Part shown: in pieces, positions 24,405-37,868 of the stretch
Layout: each line of letters starts with the position of its first letter
How positions within the stretch are numbered: position 1 is the stretch's first letter
Assembly: GCA_964016885.1 (NCBI GenBank)
Contig: OZ024747.1
Location: forward strand, 67,208,001-67,272,000
Reading direction: 5' to 3'
Origin: Eledone cirrhosa
Lineage: Eukaryota
Length of the DNA: 64,000 nt
The notes under the pieces: generated by a model
What the model saw: only the letters and a program-made list of their open reading frames with translations
Told to the model about the DNA's origin: nothing
The model's database searches: none
Translations under genes and position numbers: made by a program

Positions 24405-26185
24405 GTAGAGTTCGGATCTACCTGTCGAAACGGCCGTAGCTCAGCCGTCAGAGTCCTGATTATTTTCCTATATATATATATATATATTGTTATACCTGGG
24501 GAGGGTCATACTGTTGTAATAATATTGCCAGAAATAATAACAGAACACACTCACTGTTTGGTTGGTTTTCGCTTCTGTATGTTTTATATCTCCACAGTTA
24601 ATTCATTTGGCAATCAATGTTTATCATTGATTGACCAACGGTTAAGGTACAATGGGGGAAACATAATAGTACCACTGATGATGTTGCAGATGTGCAACGA
24701 AAGAACTTTGATAGACTAAATATATATATATAAATTATGTATATATATATATATATATATCTGTTAGAACACGAAAAGTGTGAAACAACAGAATGTTCAC
24801 TTTTCGTGTTCTAACATATATGCCTAGCTTCTTTAAAAAATTTTCGGGGATAGCCGTGGTGGTGGTGATCGTATGTCATTGGCTAATTTTCAACCAATCA
24901 GAGTACCTCTCTCTATATCTCTTCCACTGTTACTTACGCCTGTTTCTCTCTATCTGTTCCGTCTCTATATATATCTCTTACTCTTTCGCTTTGCACTCCT
25001 CCCCTTCAATACCATCTCTCCCCCTCTCTATATATTTGTTACTCTATCGCTGCACGCTCCTCTCCTTCAATATATCAATTACACACGCTTTACACTCCTT
25101 TATCCCCAGCGCCCCTATATATACACCCCCCCTCTCCCGCATCTATATTTTAATGTACCGTTGCACCGTGAATATATGTGTCTATATATATATATATATA
25201 CATATATATTGTATATACACATTCATGTATGTGTATACACACTCATGTATGTATATACACTGGTTTTATGTGTGTATTGTAAATTTGTACTGTTAAAACA
25301 CGAAACTAACATTCGATTGACACTTTGATTACCTGTACAGGCAATAGTTATTAGAATGCTGTTGAAGTGTGTATATATTTTTGGGGGACATCCTGTATAT
25401 ACACACATTATATATAACACAATAAACAGATAAATACACACATATATATATGAGCTTATTTAATTATAAATATTGTGAATTTTTAACTCAGTTCAATTAT
25501 ATATATAAATGGCTTCTACAGGACTAGAACTGTTTCATTCGAAAGAAATCATCATAATATTGAGAGGGGGGACTAGATAAAATATTTCAAATCAAATGTG
25601 TATAAGTTATAAGTTAAAATGTATAAATAGAGACGATAGTGGAGGTATATCTGTTTAGTGGAACAGTAGACGATAGAATTAAATACAGACGATAATCTCC
25701 CTTTAATGAAACAGCAGACGATAGAATTAAGGCAATTTAAATTTTAAGCATTTGCATTTTTGCCTTTCATCGTTACGGGGTCGATAAAATAAAGTACCAG
25801 TAATACACTGTCACTAGACGACTTTCAAATTGAATTGTTGGTTCCATTTCTTTAGTATTTTCAATTGTAGTTATCTACTTAAAAAGCGTTACACGGTTAG
25901 AGACATAATTCGTAAGTTATATCTTCCCTATTAAACCATTGCATTATTTCGCCTACAATAGAACAAAAATGAAATGTTCTTTAAAGAAACAGGAATATAA
26001 CTTTATAAAAAAAAAAGTTGCATCCGCTTCTTTTATCATTGATAATTTTTTCGTTTTAATATTAATTGTTTTTTGTAGTTTATATTAAAAATCTTACTGT
26101 AATATTTACTTAAACGAAGGCAAACATCTAAACTTATAGATTAATCTTGAGCGAAGGACTAGATAAATCTCTCTCTCTCTCCCTC

Positions 26186-26223
<38 letters not shown>

Positions 26224-26226
26224 CCC

Positions 26227-26306
<80 letters not shown>

Positions 26307-26697
26307 GAAGAATGATAAAATTTCAAGCAAAGAGTTTAATTAGGTATATTTTGTAATATTATTAACTAATTATTATAATTAACGCGCATATTTTGCTATC
26401 CTCAAACACGTTTACACATGGCATGAAATATAACTAATCCGAGATGGCTAGGTTTCATCTTCTAACTGGATATACGAAATCCATTATGTCTTGACAACAA
26501 CATGAGGTAACATTATGTTATTCACAGACACACTTTGTACACTGTTCCATATCAGAATGTATTTCCTTCGTCACATTCACAAACAGTATTGAAAATATGT
26601 TCTTCGGCAAATAAAAATGTTTTGTTCATAATATTTCAACTAGCGATTGCTCTACTCCACGCACGACCACCATAAATTAATGACCAGCTCAACACAA

Positions 26698-26868
26698 GTA
26701 TTGGTAGAGCGTCAGACACCATGCTTTGCAGTATTGTTATGGTCCTTTGCATTCTAAGTTCAAATCCTGCCGAGGTTAACTTCGACTTTCATACTTACTA
26801 ATTCGATAAAATAAAGTACCAGTAATGGACTGCCGTAATGGATTTGTGCCGAAAATAGAAACACTATT
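26698..26868 (+). mobile_element. Diverged tRNA-derived SINE
   Basis: GGTAGAGCGTCAGAC...AAGTTCAAATCCTGCCGAGG...CGATAAAATAAAGTACCAGT. Confidence 0.75.
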
Positions 26869-27419
26869 AATGTGCAATAAGAGCAAAATATAACGACATT
26901 GCTCAATTATTTTATCTAATGTTGTAATAACACAAGGAAATGTTGTTTGTGTATTTTTTTTTATATTTGCTCATAGGCTTTTACAATTTCGCTCAGCCAA
27001 CAACTATTAAAAAGTGAGTTGCTTAAGATAACAATTTAATCACAAATTGTTGCTATCTTTTAATACACTCCAACAAGTCATCAAATTATGTACAATAAAA
27101 ACAAATCTTATTAATTTGCTCAGGGAATATAAAGAAAATGTATATACACTGATAATTGCAATTGTATGTAAATATTTTGTTTTTGTATTGTATATTTTAT
27201 GTTTTCTATTATGTATAATATATTGATTTAATATTGATTGTTTTTTGTAGTTGTTTATATTAAAAGTCTGAAAATATTTTTATACATCTTACACTAATAT
27301 TTATAAGATAATTTATAATAACAATTACATAATCTAATTACATTACAACGATAATTTATTATTAATATATATCCTGTTTAACTAGAGTTATTACAAGCGT
27401 TGCCTTAAAAAAATATTAA

Positions 27420-28428
27420 ACTAGACATGAAAAATGCGCAAGCTGTTATGCCACAGAATGTTATAATAAACCTTCAAAAGGTTTATATATAAAGGTTATA
27501 ATGCCACAGAATGTTATAATAAACCTTCAAAAGTGTGGGACTAGAGTTGTTGCTAAAAAATATTGTAATCATTATATATCGTACATTCTGTGGCATCCTT
27601 TATAAAAATAGCTTAAACCAACGAAGCCTTTATTTTTACGCTATTTCACTTAGTTAATTCTTAGAGTGTAACATATAAAAATAAATACATCTATGTTTAA
27701 TGTAATAACAGCTATAAATAATTACGTAATATTATTATCATATACTCATAGTAACAAAATAATTGTGTTGAAACTTAATATGATGCTTATATGAACGATC
27801 AAATCTATAATGATAATTTCTTAAATATACTAATAGTAAAATAATTTAGTTATCTATTGTTACATTTTCATAGAACTATAATATTAACAATCGTATTGCA
27901 TTATCAAATTTTTATCACTACAAACTTTCATATTGGAATTACCTTAAGCCACTTATTATATCTTCGCTTTCGTACTTTTACAGCTGTAGATATTGCGCTG
28001 TATCTTATATCTAATATCAATATCTCGTGGTAATTTGCATGAAGTGTAAAATAGGTTTATTAATAACTTTAATATGAAATGTATTATACAGGGCTGCGGA
28101 GTCGGCCAAAAATTGACTGGCTCCAACTCAGGATCCGATACTCCATTATTTCCTAAATTTCAGCTCCGCAGCTCTGTTATTATATTAATTAATTTATTTT
28201 ATAGTTGTAAATCATATTTTTATATGTTACACTCTAAGAATTAACTAAGTGAAATAGCGTAAAAATAAAGGCTTCGTTGGTTTAAGCTATTTTTATAAAG
28301 GATGCCACAGAATGTACGATATATAATGATTACAATATTTTTTAGCAACAACTCTAGTCCCACACTTTTGAAGGTTTATTATAACATTCTGTGGCACTTT
28401 TGAGCTTGCGCATTTTTCATGTCTAGTA
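27420..28428. repeat. ~210-bp inverted repeats (27420-27680 / 28220-28428) around an AT-rich core containing a short MITE-like insert (28089-28176)
   Basis: CTAGACATGAAAAATGCGCAAGCT vs AGCTTGCGCATTTTTCATGTCTAG; insert ends CAGGGCTGCGGAG / CTCCGCAGCTCTG. Confidence 0.7.
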
Positions 28429-28443
28429 TATATATATATATAT

Positions 28444-29130
28444 ACATAATTTATAGTATATTGCTCTGATTATTTAATTTATTAATTCATCATTGAGCCA
28501 CATCGTGAATGGTTGCCGAAAACATATCTATAACTTTGTCTAGTTTGTGTATACGTAAATCTTTATATTTGATAATCTCCCATAATGTTGAGATGCAATT
28601 TGGGCAATATTAGTCTGCGCTTTCTAGCAACCAGCCTACTAGCCGTAAGGCACCAATCACATTCTTTCTGACTTGACCACTGCCACGTCACAGTTCTTAG
28701 CCATTTTGAATTCGTTTCTGGCGGGGATCATTTAAGAAAAATCTTTGTCCAAGTGAGTTTGTTTCTTGATGAGTTCGAAGCTCGAGAATTTATCCTTGAT
28801 AGGATATTTCGGAAAGCGAACGAAACCCTAAGGGTAGAAACGTATCCTGGTATGTGTATATTCATTTTTTTCTTCTAACTTTAATTTTATACCTAATTGT
28901 GTATGGTTGACGATATATTTAATCGATTTCCACGTGCTATTGAAATGATTTCAATGGCTGTTGATCGCGAATAAATGGGTATCGTTTGTTTATCTATTAT
29001 TTCTTCACAGGTGCCTTTTAATCTTATAGCCTGGTTTAATTGGTCTTTTGTGTGGTTGATTATGCTAATTGAGAGAGGAAATTGAGTATATATCTTATCA
29101 AATGATTCTAAGGACATAATTTATAGTATA
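28444..29130 (+). mobile_element. 670-bp non-coding hammerhead-containing unit with ~17-bp terminal redundancy, between (TA)n tracts
   Basis: ACATAATTTATAGTATA at 28444 and 29114; hammerhead at 28761. Confidence 0.6.
28761..28841 (+). ncRNA. Type I hammerhead ribozyme (C3U core variant, long stem II)
   Basis: GTTTC TTGATGA GTTCG..CGAAC GAAA CCC TAA GGG TA GAAAC: stems I, II and III all pair; GUA triplet. Confidence 0.8.
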
Positions 29131-29864
29131 TATATATATATATATATATACAACAGCTAAAGACCTTTTGAAGCCGTTTTCTCTGTTAAAGGAGGAATTA
29201 GATTTGTTTGATCCCATGACTGGCTTCATACTGATCATGGAGCCAAAGTTTATTCAGTCGTAGGCCATTCTGGCTGCAACTGTTTTAGCCGCCACTTACG
29301 CTACACGAGAATAAGGTGAATCTGTTTAAAACCAGATCCACTTCTATGTAGAGAGGCGGAGAGGGGGGAGAGAGAGGGGAAGAGAGATAATGGGGTAAGG
29401 AGAGAGAGGGGGAAGAGAGATAAAGAGATAAATAGATATATTTCTTTATATTCCACAAAGGCGCACAAGAAAAGGGGACAATACAAAGACATCTGGCGGG
29501 GATTTTACATACAACCGTGTAAAAAATTTTAACATACAAATTCAACGATAGAAATCCCCAATAGGGGGGAGGCGTTACAAATGGATAAATAAATAGATAA
29601 TTATACTTATTTAGATAGAGAGATAGAGAGATAGAGAGATAGATAAATGGGCAAAGAGAAAGAGAGGGAAGAGAGAGAAAGAGATAGATTGAGAGATATA
29701 TAAATAGATAATTATACTTGTTTAGATAAAGAGATAAAAAGATAGATAGATATATACATACATACTTACATACATACATGCATACATTCATACATACATT
29801 CATACATAAACACATACATATGTACGTACGTACGTGCATACATACATATATACATACATACATG

Positions 29865-30360
29865 GTGGTGGCTGTCAACTCGTTTTCGAGTACGGCCACT
29901 ACCTTATATCCATGTAGGAGAACCCCTACCGATGCGCTGAACGAGTGTGACTTTTTAGTCCAGCCAGCGACTTGAAAACGCTGGTACAAACACTACACTT
30001 GTGACAATTATTGACACATAGTTCTGGGCTCTTGGTACCATGTGATGACAAGTGCAGAGAGATCTCCAGATATAAAGCAATGCCTGTGCCATGAAGCTTT
30101 TATAGTGAGCAAAGGCACTGCACAAAGCCAGTCCCACTCTCTTAACCAAGATGATATTTACCAAAAAGAAGAACAAGTCAACATTATTGGATACCATCAG
30201 GGTTGCAGGTGTTATATCAGAGTTTTCCTTCTCCTAGAATTCTGCCTTGACAAACGCTAAGGGGTTATCTCGCCTGGTGATTTTGGATGGCTATTGACTC
30301 TTAAGAGCTCCTTTGCCCTTTGACAGGTTTTGTTTTTAGTCCTGCAGGATGTCCAAAGTC
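29865..30360 (-). mobile_element. Non-autonomous RTE-associated element / SINE-like repeat, related to 41970-42490
   Basis: Shares CTCGTT.TCGAGTA.GGCCA, AGCCA.TCCCACTCT, TTCTCCTAGAA..TGCC.TGACAAA and TTGACTCTTA blocks with 41970-42370. Confidence 0.5.
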
Positions 30361-30399
30361 ACCCTCCTCACCAAGAAACCTACATATATAGCTAGAACC

Positions 30400-30861
30400 A
30401 TCTGGAACGCACTTCGGAAAACAAAATTAACAACAAACGAGGAAGAATATATTGAGACAGATGGCACTAAGGAATACTGGTGGAACCTGAAAATAAAAAC
30501 TGCCACCAATTTAAAGCACAACCGGCCTGATATTGTTGCTTGGGACCACACATTGAAAACGTGTTCTGTTGTGGAGATCAGTTGCCCACTTGATGTAAAC
30601 GTTGTCAGAAAAATACAGGAGAAGGAGGACATCTACGGACCATTGATGAGGAGTTTACAAATCCAGTATGCAAGATACACCTTTAGCTTCATACCCATCA
30701 TTATTGGAGCTACGGGTTATATACCAACCCGCTTGGACCAATGTATAACTGAATTTGGATTTTCGGACAAAGAGCGCAGCTCCCTAATTCATAGTCTACA
30801 AATGGCTGCGATAGCTGGCACCTTCAAAATTTTCAAAACATTCTTGCGATTCAAGGGATGA
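30400..30861 (+). pseudogene. 3' fragment of an RLE-clade non-LTR retrotransposon (restriction-like endonuclease)
   Basis: HNRPDIVAWD..CSVVEISCPLD..QEKEDIYGPL..IPIIIGATG. Confidence 0.75.
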
Positions 30862-31224
30862 CAATTTCTTTTCTTTTACAACCTTGTCACTAGGAAGGTG
30901 GCCGGTCAAAATTATACTCGAAATTAAGAGAAAGAGAGAACATACATACATACATACGTACGTACATACATACATACGTGCATACATACATATATACACG
31001 CATACATACATACACACATACTATATTATCTCGCATGCTATATTAATCTCGCTCTCCGATAGGGGTTCTATCTCGCAGAAAATCTAGTGCATAGCAAAGC
31101 TATATATATATTATCATATATAATTAATGAAATAGGAATTGATCTCACTACGTCAAAAATAACCTGGTTTAAATAACATAGCTTGAAGGCAGGCACGTTT
31201 AAGGGATACTTTACGTGCTTGGTG

Positions 31225-31800
31225 TGTTGGTTGGATGGTTGGTTGGTTGGTGTTGTTGTTAGTGGTGGTGGGGACGTGGTATCGGTGGAGGTGGTGAAGT
31301 TGGTGATATGTTAGTTGGTGGTGGTGGTGAAACTGGTGATATGGGATATGGTAGTTAGTGAAGCCGTGGTTGTTGTTGTTTGCGGAAAGCGTTGATGGCG
31401 TTGATGGTGGTGGTGGTGGTGTAGTTGTTGGTGCTGTTGTTGTTGTTGTTGTCGTCGTCGTGGATGGTGGTGGTGGTGGTAGTGGTGGTGGCCTTCGTCG
31501 TCGTCGTCATGGATGTGGTAGTGGTGGTGGATGTGATGGTGGTAGTTTTGGCGGTTGTGGTAGTGGTGGTGGTGGTCGTCGTCGTCGTTGTGGTCGTGGT
31601 CGTCGTGGTCGTGGTGGTGGTGTAGGTGGTTTTGGTGGCGGCGGTTGTGTTGTGGTGTTGGTGATAGTTGTGGTGGTGATTTAGTAGCGATGATGCTGGT
31701 GATATTTGATGGTGGCTGTGATGTTATAGTGGTAAAGGTGTGCTGGTCGGAAGAGGTGGTAGTGGTGGTGACGACAATGCTGGTGCTAGAGGTGTTAATT
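31225..31800 (+). repeat. Low-complexity GGT/GTT/GTC trinucleotide region
   Basis: Visible degenerate triplet runs. Confidence 0.8.
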
Positions 31801-31986
31801 GTATGGAGATGGTACTTGGTTGACAATGCAGTGTTGCATTCTCAAAGACATCTTTGATTGATTATAATTTGTTATTTGTAACATTGCACGTGATCATGAG
31901 AAAGAATAATTCGATTTCCAAACAAAATGTGTCAGTTTTTATATGAATATGCTGGTGAATTACATCAACAAATCATACATACACAC

Positions 31987-32017
<31 letters not shown>

Positions 32018-32079
32018 TATACATATATATACATATACATATATACATATATATACATATATATATGTATATATATATA

Positions 32080-32235
<156 letters not shown>

Positions 32236-32268
32236 TATATATACATATACATATATACATATATATAC

Positions 32269-32299
<31 letters not shown>

Positions 32300-32426
32300 T
32301 ATATATGTATATATGTATATATATATATATAACTTTGAATAACTTTGAATAACTTTGAAATGTTTTGGCCAGTATTGGCCCAGGCCATGTCTAACTTAAT
32401 AGCACCACCTGGCGAAGTCTTTCAAT

Positions 32427-35400
32427 TCAGGATTTGGGCACCATGGCCCATTCGAGAAGAGAATTACTGTTTGCGGAGACATATCCGGGTGTGGGTGGTT
32501 TGTCCGGGATTACTTGGAGGAATTTGTCCAAAGACTTCTTGAATTTTGTGTGGTCAGTTTCTGTTTTGACGTGTCCTGGTGTGATGTTGAAGAGAGCAGG
32601 GCCGATTGAGGTGAAATAATTGTGCCGTATTGTTGTTATGAGTTGCGATTTAGATTTTTGAATGGGACGGATAGCACGGGGCCCAAGCCTTGGGTGTATC
32701 TTGAAGGCGATGCCAACATCATTTGGGCAGTGATGATGGAACATTTTCCACATCATGCAGATAATATAACGCTCACGGCGACGTTGGAGTGAGTAAAGTT
32801 TCAGGTTTTCCAATCGACCCCAGTAGTCAAGGTCTGACATGCCATCTATCTTTTTCGTGATTGCCCTTTGAGGAGCTTCAAGTTTCATGATACTTTGTTT
32901 CGTGTGGGGAGACCACAGTGGACAACAGTATTCAAGGTGTGGTCGGGCGAAAGTAGAGAAGAGAAGGATAATGGTGCGGGAATCTCTCGACTGGAAGGTT
33001 CTGAGGATCCAGGAACACATTCTGCGGGCCATGTCAACTTTGCTGCTTATATGCGTGGTCCAGCTTATGTTGCTGTCCACGGTTACTCCCAAGTCTCTGA
33101 TGTTGTTAGATGCCACGAGAGTTTCCCCGGAGGGAAGGGAGTACGGGAGTTTCAGAGCATCCTCTTTTCCAAAGTGGATCAGTTCGAATTTGTCTTCGTT
33201 CAGTAGCATGTTGTTCTTTTCTGCCCATTGGGTAACAGCCAGTAGGTCTGACTGAAGGCTTATCCGGTCATCCACGCCATTGATGACCTTTTGGAGCTTG
33301 GAATCATCAGCGAAAATTTTAATGTTGCTGTGTTTGATGATGTCAGTGATGTCATTAATATAGATGATGAAGAGAAGTGGGCCCAACACAGTGCCTTGTG
33401 GGACTCCACTACTGACTTTGGCTGGGCTTGATTTGACTCCCTCAACTACAACATGTTGGGTTCTGTTTGACAGGAAGCTCTTGATCCACTGCAGCAGCTT
33501 TCCAGTGACACCAATATTGGACAGCTTTCTCAGTAGAATGTTATGATCAACCCTGTCAAAGGCCTTGCTGAAATCAAGGTAGATAACATCAGTGTTGGAA
33601 CCCTCTCCCAAGGCTCTCAAAATGTCATCAAAGTGATGCAGTAGTTGCGTCAGGCAATCCCTTCCATTACGGAATCCATGCTGGTTGGAGTTCAGCATAT
33701 TGTTACTCTCAAGGAAGTGGGTCATTCGCGATCTCACCACTCGCTCAAATACCTTAATGATATGAGAGGTGAGTGAGATTGGACGGTAATTCACGGCAAG
33801 GGATTTGTTTCCCTTTTTGAAAACTGGGACAACAGACTGGGATAGAAGGTTTTCTGGCACATATCCAGCATCCAGTGAGTTCCGCCACAGATTGGCAAGA
33901 GGAGAAGCAAGTTGGTGTTGACACGCCTTCAAGACACAAGCAGGGAACCTATCGGGACCTACTGCTGAATTATGCTTGATTTCCTTTATTGCCGCCAAGA
34001 CATCAGGGGCGCCAAACGTTATGTCCGATAAGGTGTAATGGGGAGTAACATCGCCGATACAGCCCAGATCGGCCATATCAGGATTGCTGAAAACAGAGCA
34101 GTATTGTTTCTGCAGTATCTCACCCATGGTTTTAGCATTGTCTTGAAGAGTGCCATTTTCATCAATTAGAGGGCCAACAGTAGAGCCAGTGATTTTGTGT
34201 TTTTTTGCAAATGAAAAGAACACTTTGGGATTGAGTTTGATCTTCTCAATGGCCCAGGCCTCTTCAGCTCTTCTCTGATTGTTGATGAGGGACATTATGT
34301 TGTTTTGGAGGTTATGTTTTTTAATCTCTAGTGATGAAATGGCAGTCAAGTTGATGTGTTGCTGCTGACAGTATTTCAGCTTGTTGATTTTTTTGTTCGT
34401 TCTCTTAATTTTTCTGATGAGTGTTTTTCTATTTCTAGGGATTCTGCTCTTAGATTTGTTTATAGTTCTTAATGGGGTGTGTTTAGCACATATGTTTGTA
34501 ACAGTGTCCACAAATGTCTGCCAGGACTTTTTGATGTTAGTGGGTGTATGAGTGTGCGTGAAGGACCAGTCGACATGTGCAAGATCATGACTGATCGCTT
34601 CCCAGTTTGCATTGTGGAAATCCATAGCGTCAAACGGATGGACAGGAGAAATGACATTGGGTTTGTATATTGGACGGTGGAATCTCAGATCACAGAGAAC
34701 CATGTCATGATCAGAGAGTAGAGTTTTCTCCACTGCAATATTGTGGATATTGTCAGTGTGATTGCTGAAAATTAAGTCTAGGACGTTTTTGTGGCACCTC
34801 GTTGGTTCGAGCACTAGTTGGGATAGGAAGAAATCATCCATGAAGTCAAGAAGCGATTCCACAGCTTCCCTGTCAGAGGTTGAGGCAGAAGAACCTGGTG
34901 GCAGGGTGTTTGTGGACCAGTCAACTCCGGGGAGGTTGAAGTCCCCCATCATTAAGATGTTGTCAGGGTGACACTCTTGGATGAAACACTTTATGCTGTT
35001 GAGGCATTCCTTGAAGCATGGTACAGGCGTTTGGGGTGGCCTATAGAGCCCAACTACTAATAGGTTGTTGGTTTGACTGAATACAGTGACTGCCTCACAG
35101 TATCCATTAGTGAATATGTTCATAGCCTCTGTTGAGAAAGAATTATGGACATAAATGGCAGTTCCGCCCTTTCTTCTGCCAGCGCGATCAGCACGGATGG
35201 CTTTGAAATTTTTCACTTTCACCTCGGCTTCCAAGTGGAGGTTACTGAGATGGGTTTCAGTGAGGACGAAGAAAGGGATGTGGTTTGGATGGACATCAAT
35301 CCAGTCCTCCAGGAATTTGATCTTCCATTTTTGAGTATTGGTGGAAGGGCTGATGCCTTGGGCGTTAAGCAAAAATGTAGAGGCGAGAGTGGATGGTTTT

Positions 35401-35447
35401 AATTGTTTTGGTGTGTTGTTAATTTGTTTGTTTGTTAATGGCAGCAA
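32427..35447 (-). CDS. LINE ORF2: apurinic-type endonuclease + reverse transcriptase, intact
   Basis: LTETHL, GGTAIYV, YRPP, MGDFN, LDLIF, SDH (APE); [36 protein letters not shown] (RT). Confidence 0.93.
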   Translation of the reverse strand: MLPLTNKQINNTPKQLKPSTLASTFLLNAQGISPSTNTQKWKIKFLEDWIDVHPNHIPFFVLTETHLSNLHLEAEVKVKNFKAIRADRAGRRKGGTAIYVHNSFSTEAMNIFTNGYCEAVTVFSQTNNLLVVGLYRPPQTPVPCFKECLNSIKCFIQECHPDNILMMGDFNLPGVDWSTNTLPPGSSASTSDREAVESLLDFMDDFFLSQLVLEPTRCHKNVLDLIFSNHTDNIHNIAVEKTLLSDHDMVLCDLRFHRPIYKPNVISPVHPFDAMDFHNANWEAISHDLAHVDWSFTHTHTPTNIKKSWQTFVDTVTNICAKHTPLRTINKSKSRIPRNRKTLIRKIKRTNKKINKLKYCQQQHINLTAISSLEIKKHNLQNNIMSLINNQRRAEEAWAIEKIKLNPKVFFSFAKKHKITGSTVGPLIDENGTLQDNAKTMGEILQKQYCSVFSNPDMADLGCIGDVTPHYTLSDITFGAPDVLAAIKEIKHNSAVGPDRFPACVLKACQHQLASPLANLWRNSLDAGYVPENLLSQSVVPVFKKGNKSLAVNYRPISLTSHIIKVFERVVRSRMTHFLESNNMLNSNQHGFRNGRDCLTQLLHHFDDILRALGEGSNTDVIYLDFSKAFDRVDHNILLRKLSNIGVTGKLLQWIKSFLSNRTQHVVVEGVKSSPAKVSSGVPQGTVLGPLLFIIYINDITDIIKHSNIKIFADDSKLQKVINGVDDRISLQSDLLAVTQWAEKNNMLLNEDKFELIHFGKEDALKLPYSLPSGETLVASNNIRDLGVTVDSNISWTTHISSKVDMARRMCSWILRTFQSRDSRTIILLFSTFARPHLEYCCPLWSPHTKQSIMKLEAPQRAITKKIDGMSDLDYWGRLENLKLYSLQRRRERYIICMMWKMFHHHCPNDVGIAFKIHPRLGPRAIRPIQKSKSQLITTIRHNYFTSIGPALFNITPGHVKTETDHTKFKKSLDKFLQVIPDKPPTPGYVSANSNSLLEWAMVPKS

Positions 35448-36199
35448 TGGGAGTTTGTGCAGTGGGGTGATAGTGGAGGGTGGTGCTGGGTGATAGCTCG
35501 AATGTTTTTTTCCAGTTCTTTTGCCAGATTCATTATGGCTAAAAAAGAGGAAGAAGTTTCCTGTTTAGAAGACTGTTGGTGACTGTGGTAGTGGTTATTT
35601 TTATGTAGGTTATGGTTTTTGTTTTTGCTTTTATTTTTAATTTTATTTTCATTTATCCGACGGGTCCCCGGGAGATGGGTAAAGGGACAATCCCGGTCTA
35701 AACACAATCTGTCTCGCAGGGAAAAACGGCAGATTTGTGGATTCCTTGTTTGAGTTATTGGTGGTTGTGTTGGTGTTAAATTAGAGTATGTATTATGGTG
35801 GTGGCTGTTTGTGGGGATAGATCGTTTTGTCCTAGGTAAATGGGTGAATTTGCAGCCACTATCCGTACATATTCTATAGCGTAGAGAGTAGCGGCAAATG
35901 ATGGGGTTTCGAGTGGGTGGGTATGTGGGTGTGGGTGTTGTGAGAGGTGTAGATGATGGTTTGGGTAGGATTTGACGACCTTTGTGGACTGTGGGAGGGA
36001 GAGTTCTTGTTCTGGTATTAGAAGGTAAATTCCTTGACATAGCAGTAGACAAAAATGTTGTAGTAGTAGTAGTAGTAGTAGGCAGAGATGTTGGCAGTGG
36101 TGATGATTGGACTGCTGGGCCAGAGAAAGGATGTGGCGTTTCATGCTGTGAGACAGAGGCTACTGGGGGGTCAATAGTTTCATTTAGTAGATCGGCCAT
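35435..36199 (-). CDS. LINE ORF1, ~254 aa, with two CCCH zinc-finger motifs
   Basis: ATG at 36199 (MADLLNE); [19 protein letters not shown] and [19 protein letters not shown]; directly upstream of ORF2. Confidence 0.7.
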   Translation of the reverse strand: MADLLNETIDPPVASVSQHETPHPFSGPAVQSSPLPTSLPTTTTTTTTFLSTAMSRNLPSNTRTRTLPPTVHKGRQILPKPSSTPLTTPTPTYPPTRNPIICRYSLRYRICTDSGCKFTHLPRTKRSIPTNSHHHNTYSNLTPTQPPITQTRNPQICRFSLRDRLCLDRDCPFTHLPGTRRINENKIKNKSKNKNHNLHKNNHYHSHQQSSKQETSSSFLAIMNLAKELEKNIRAITQHHPPLSPHCTNSHCCH

Positions 36200-36461
36200 T
36201 GTTGATGAATCAAGGAGTGGTTCACACTGTTGTTGTCGTTGTTGTTGTTGTTGTTGCTGTTGTTGTTGTTGTTGTAGCTGTTGTTGATGTTGTTGTTGTT
36301 GCTGTTGTTGCTGTTGCTGTTGTAGCTGCTGTTGTTGTTGTTGCTGCTGCTGGACAGCATTCGAAGAGAAAACACACCGTAGTTTATCCAAATGTTTATT
36401 GATTAATTTAAAAGCATATATATATATATATATATATGCTTTTAAATTAATCATATACATA

Positions 36462-36497
<36 letters not shown>

Positions 36498-36511
36498 CAT
36501 ACATACACACG

Positions 36512-36548
<37 letters not shown>

Positions 36549-36573
36549 ATATATATACATATATATACATATA

Positions 36574-36607
<34 letters not shown>

Positions 36608-36705
36608 CATATATATACATATATATATGTATATATACATATATATATATACATATATATATGTATATATGTATATATATATATACATATATGTGTATAT
36701 ATATG

Positions 36706-36740
<35 letters not shown>

Positions 36741-36741
36741 G

Positions 36742-36921
<180 letters not shown>

Positions 36922-37180
36922 GTTAAAAGAATAGAGGTGTAACACACAAGTTATTATATATTGGTAAACGGAATAGAAAATGCTGACAAATTGTTCACAG
37001 TTGAAAAATGGTTTAATTAGGAATAAAAGAGTATTAGTAATTGTATGGGTTAGTATTCAGTTGTGGTTTTAAGTTTTTAAGTTTTTACCGGTTGCGCATT
37101 TCTAAATGCTTTTCAAAAATAATTTTGTGATAGAGTGTCCGTGTTGTTTGCTAGGATCTGATTAGACTTGGGAATTTTAC

Positions 37181-37372
37181 CTGTTTTTATGTTAAAAAAG
37201 TGGCTCCAGCGCTACTTTGGTGTTGCAAAAATTCTTGTGGTCAAAACAATTTTGATTGGTCGGTAGAGGTCATGTGAATGTAAAAAATTGATTTTGCGCC
37301 AAGACTGTTTTTATGTTAAAAAAGTGGCTCCAGCGCTACTTGGTGTTTGCAAAAATTCTTGTGGTCAAAACA
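37181..37372 (+). repeat. ~68-bp direct repeat, period ~124 bp
   Basis: CTGTTTTTATGTTAAAAAAGTGGCTCCAGCGCTACT at 37181 and 37305. Confidence 0.75.
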
Positions 37373-37377
37373 AGTTT

Positions 37378-37440
37378 GTATATCTCTCTCTCTGGTGTGT
37401 TACCTTTTCAACATATTGTATATATATATATATTATATTA

Positions 37441-37494
<54 letters not shown>

Positions 37495-37773
37495 CAGAGG
37501 AATTGTGGTAAGAAACCAGATGGACCATAAAGCACCAAAGTACTCAATACTTAGGGTAGTAGAGTGGGTAATAGGAACTAGTATGACCACGACGGCAGAG
37601 CTCAAGCCGTTTCGACGGTTATTTCTGGACTATTTCTGTCCAGAAATAGCCGTCGAAACGGCTTGAGCTCTGCCGTCGGGGTCATACTAGTTCCTATTAC
37701 CCACTCTACTACCCTAAGTATTGAGTACTTTGGTGCTTTATGGTCCATCTGGTTTCTTACCACAATTCCTCTG

Positions 37774-37807
<34 letters not shown>

Positions 37808-37868
37808 TAATATAATATATATATATATACAATATGTTGAAAAGGTAACACACCAGAGAGAGATATAC
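37378..37868. repeat. Fold-back palindrome (axis ~37633) containing the 3' half of a hammerhead-like motif
   Basis: 37492-37630 is the near-perfect reverse complement of 37637-37775; symmetry continues through the flanking TA tracts. Confidence 0.85.

Larger units (their letters stand above)
32330..36400 (-). mobile_element. Full-length CR1-clade LINE inserted in (TA)n
   Basis: ORF1 + ORF2, short 3' UTR and (TTCAAAGTTA)x3 tandem tail at 32330-32360; TA tracts on both sides. Confidence 0.85.

Noticed and set aside
25330-25400. Tc1/mariner-like TIR (TACAGGATGTCCCCCAAAAA on the minus strand)
   Set aside because: No partner TIR or transposase seen; too little to call
36200-36688. PolyQ N-terminal extension of LINE ORF1
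   Set aside because: The upstream start lies in the flanking TA microsatellite; the CAA/CAG tract is more likely 5' UTR ahead of the ATG at 36199
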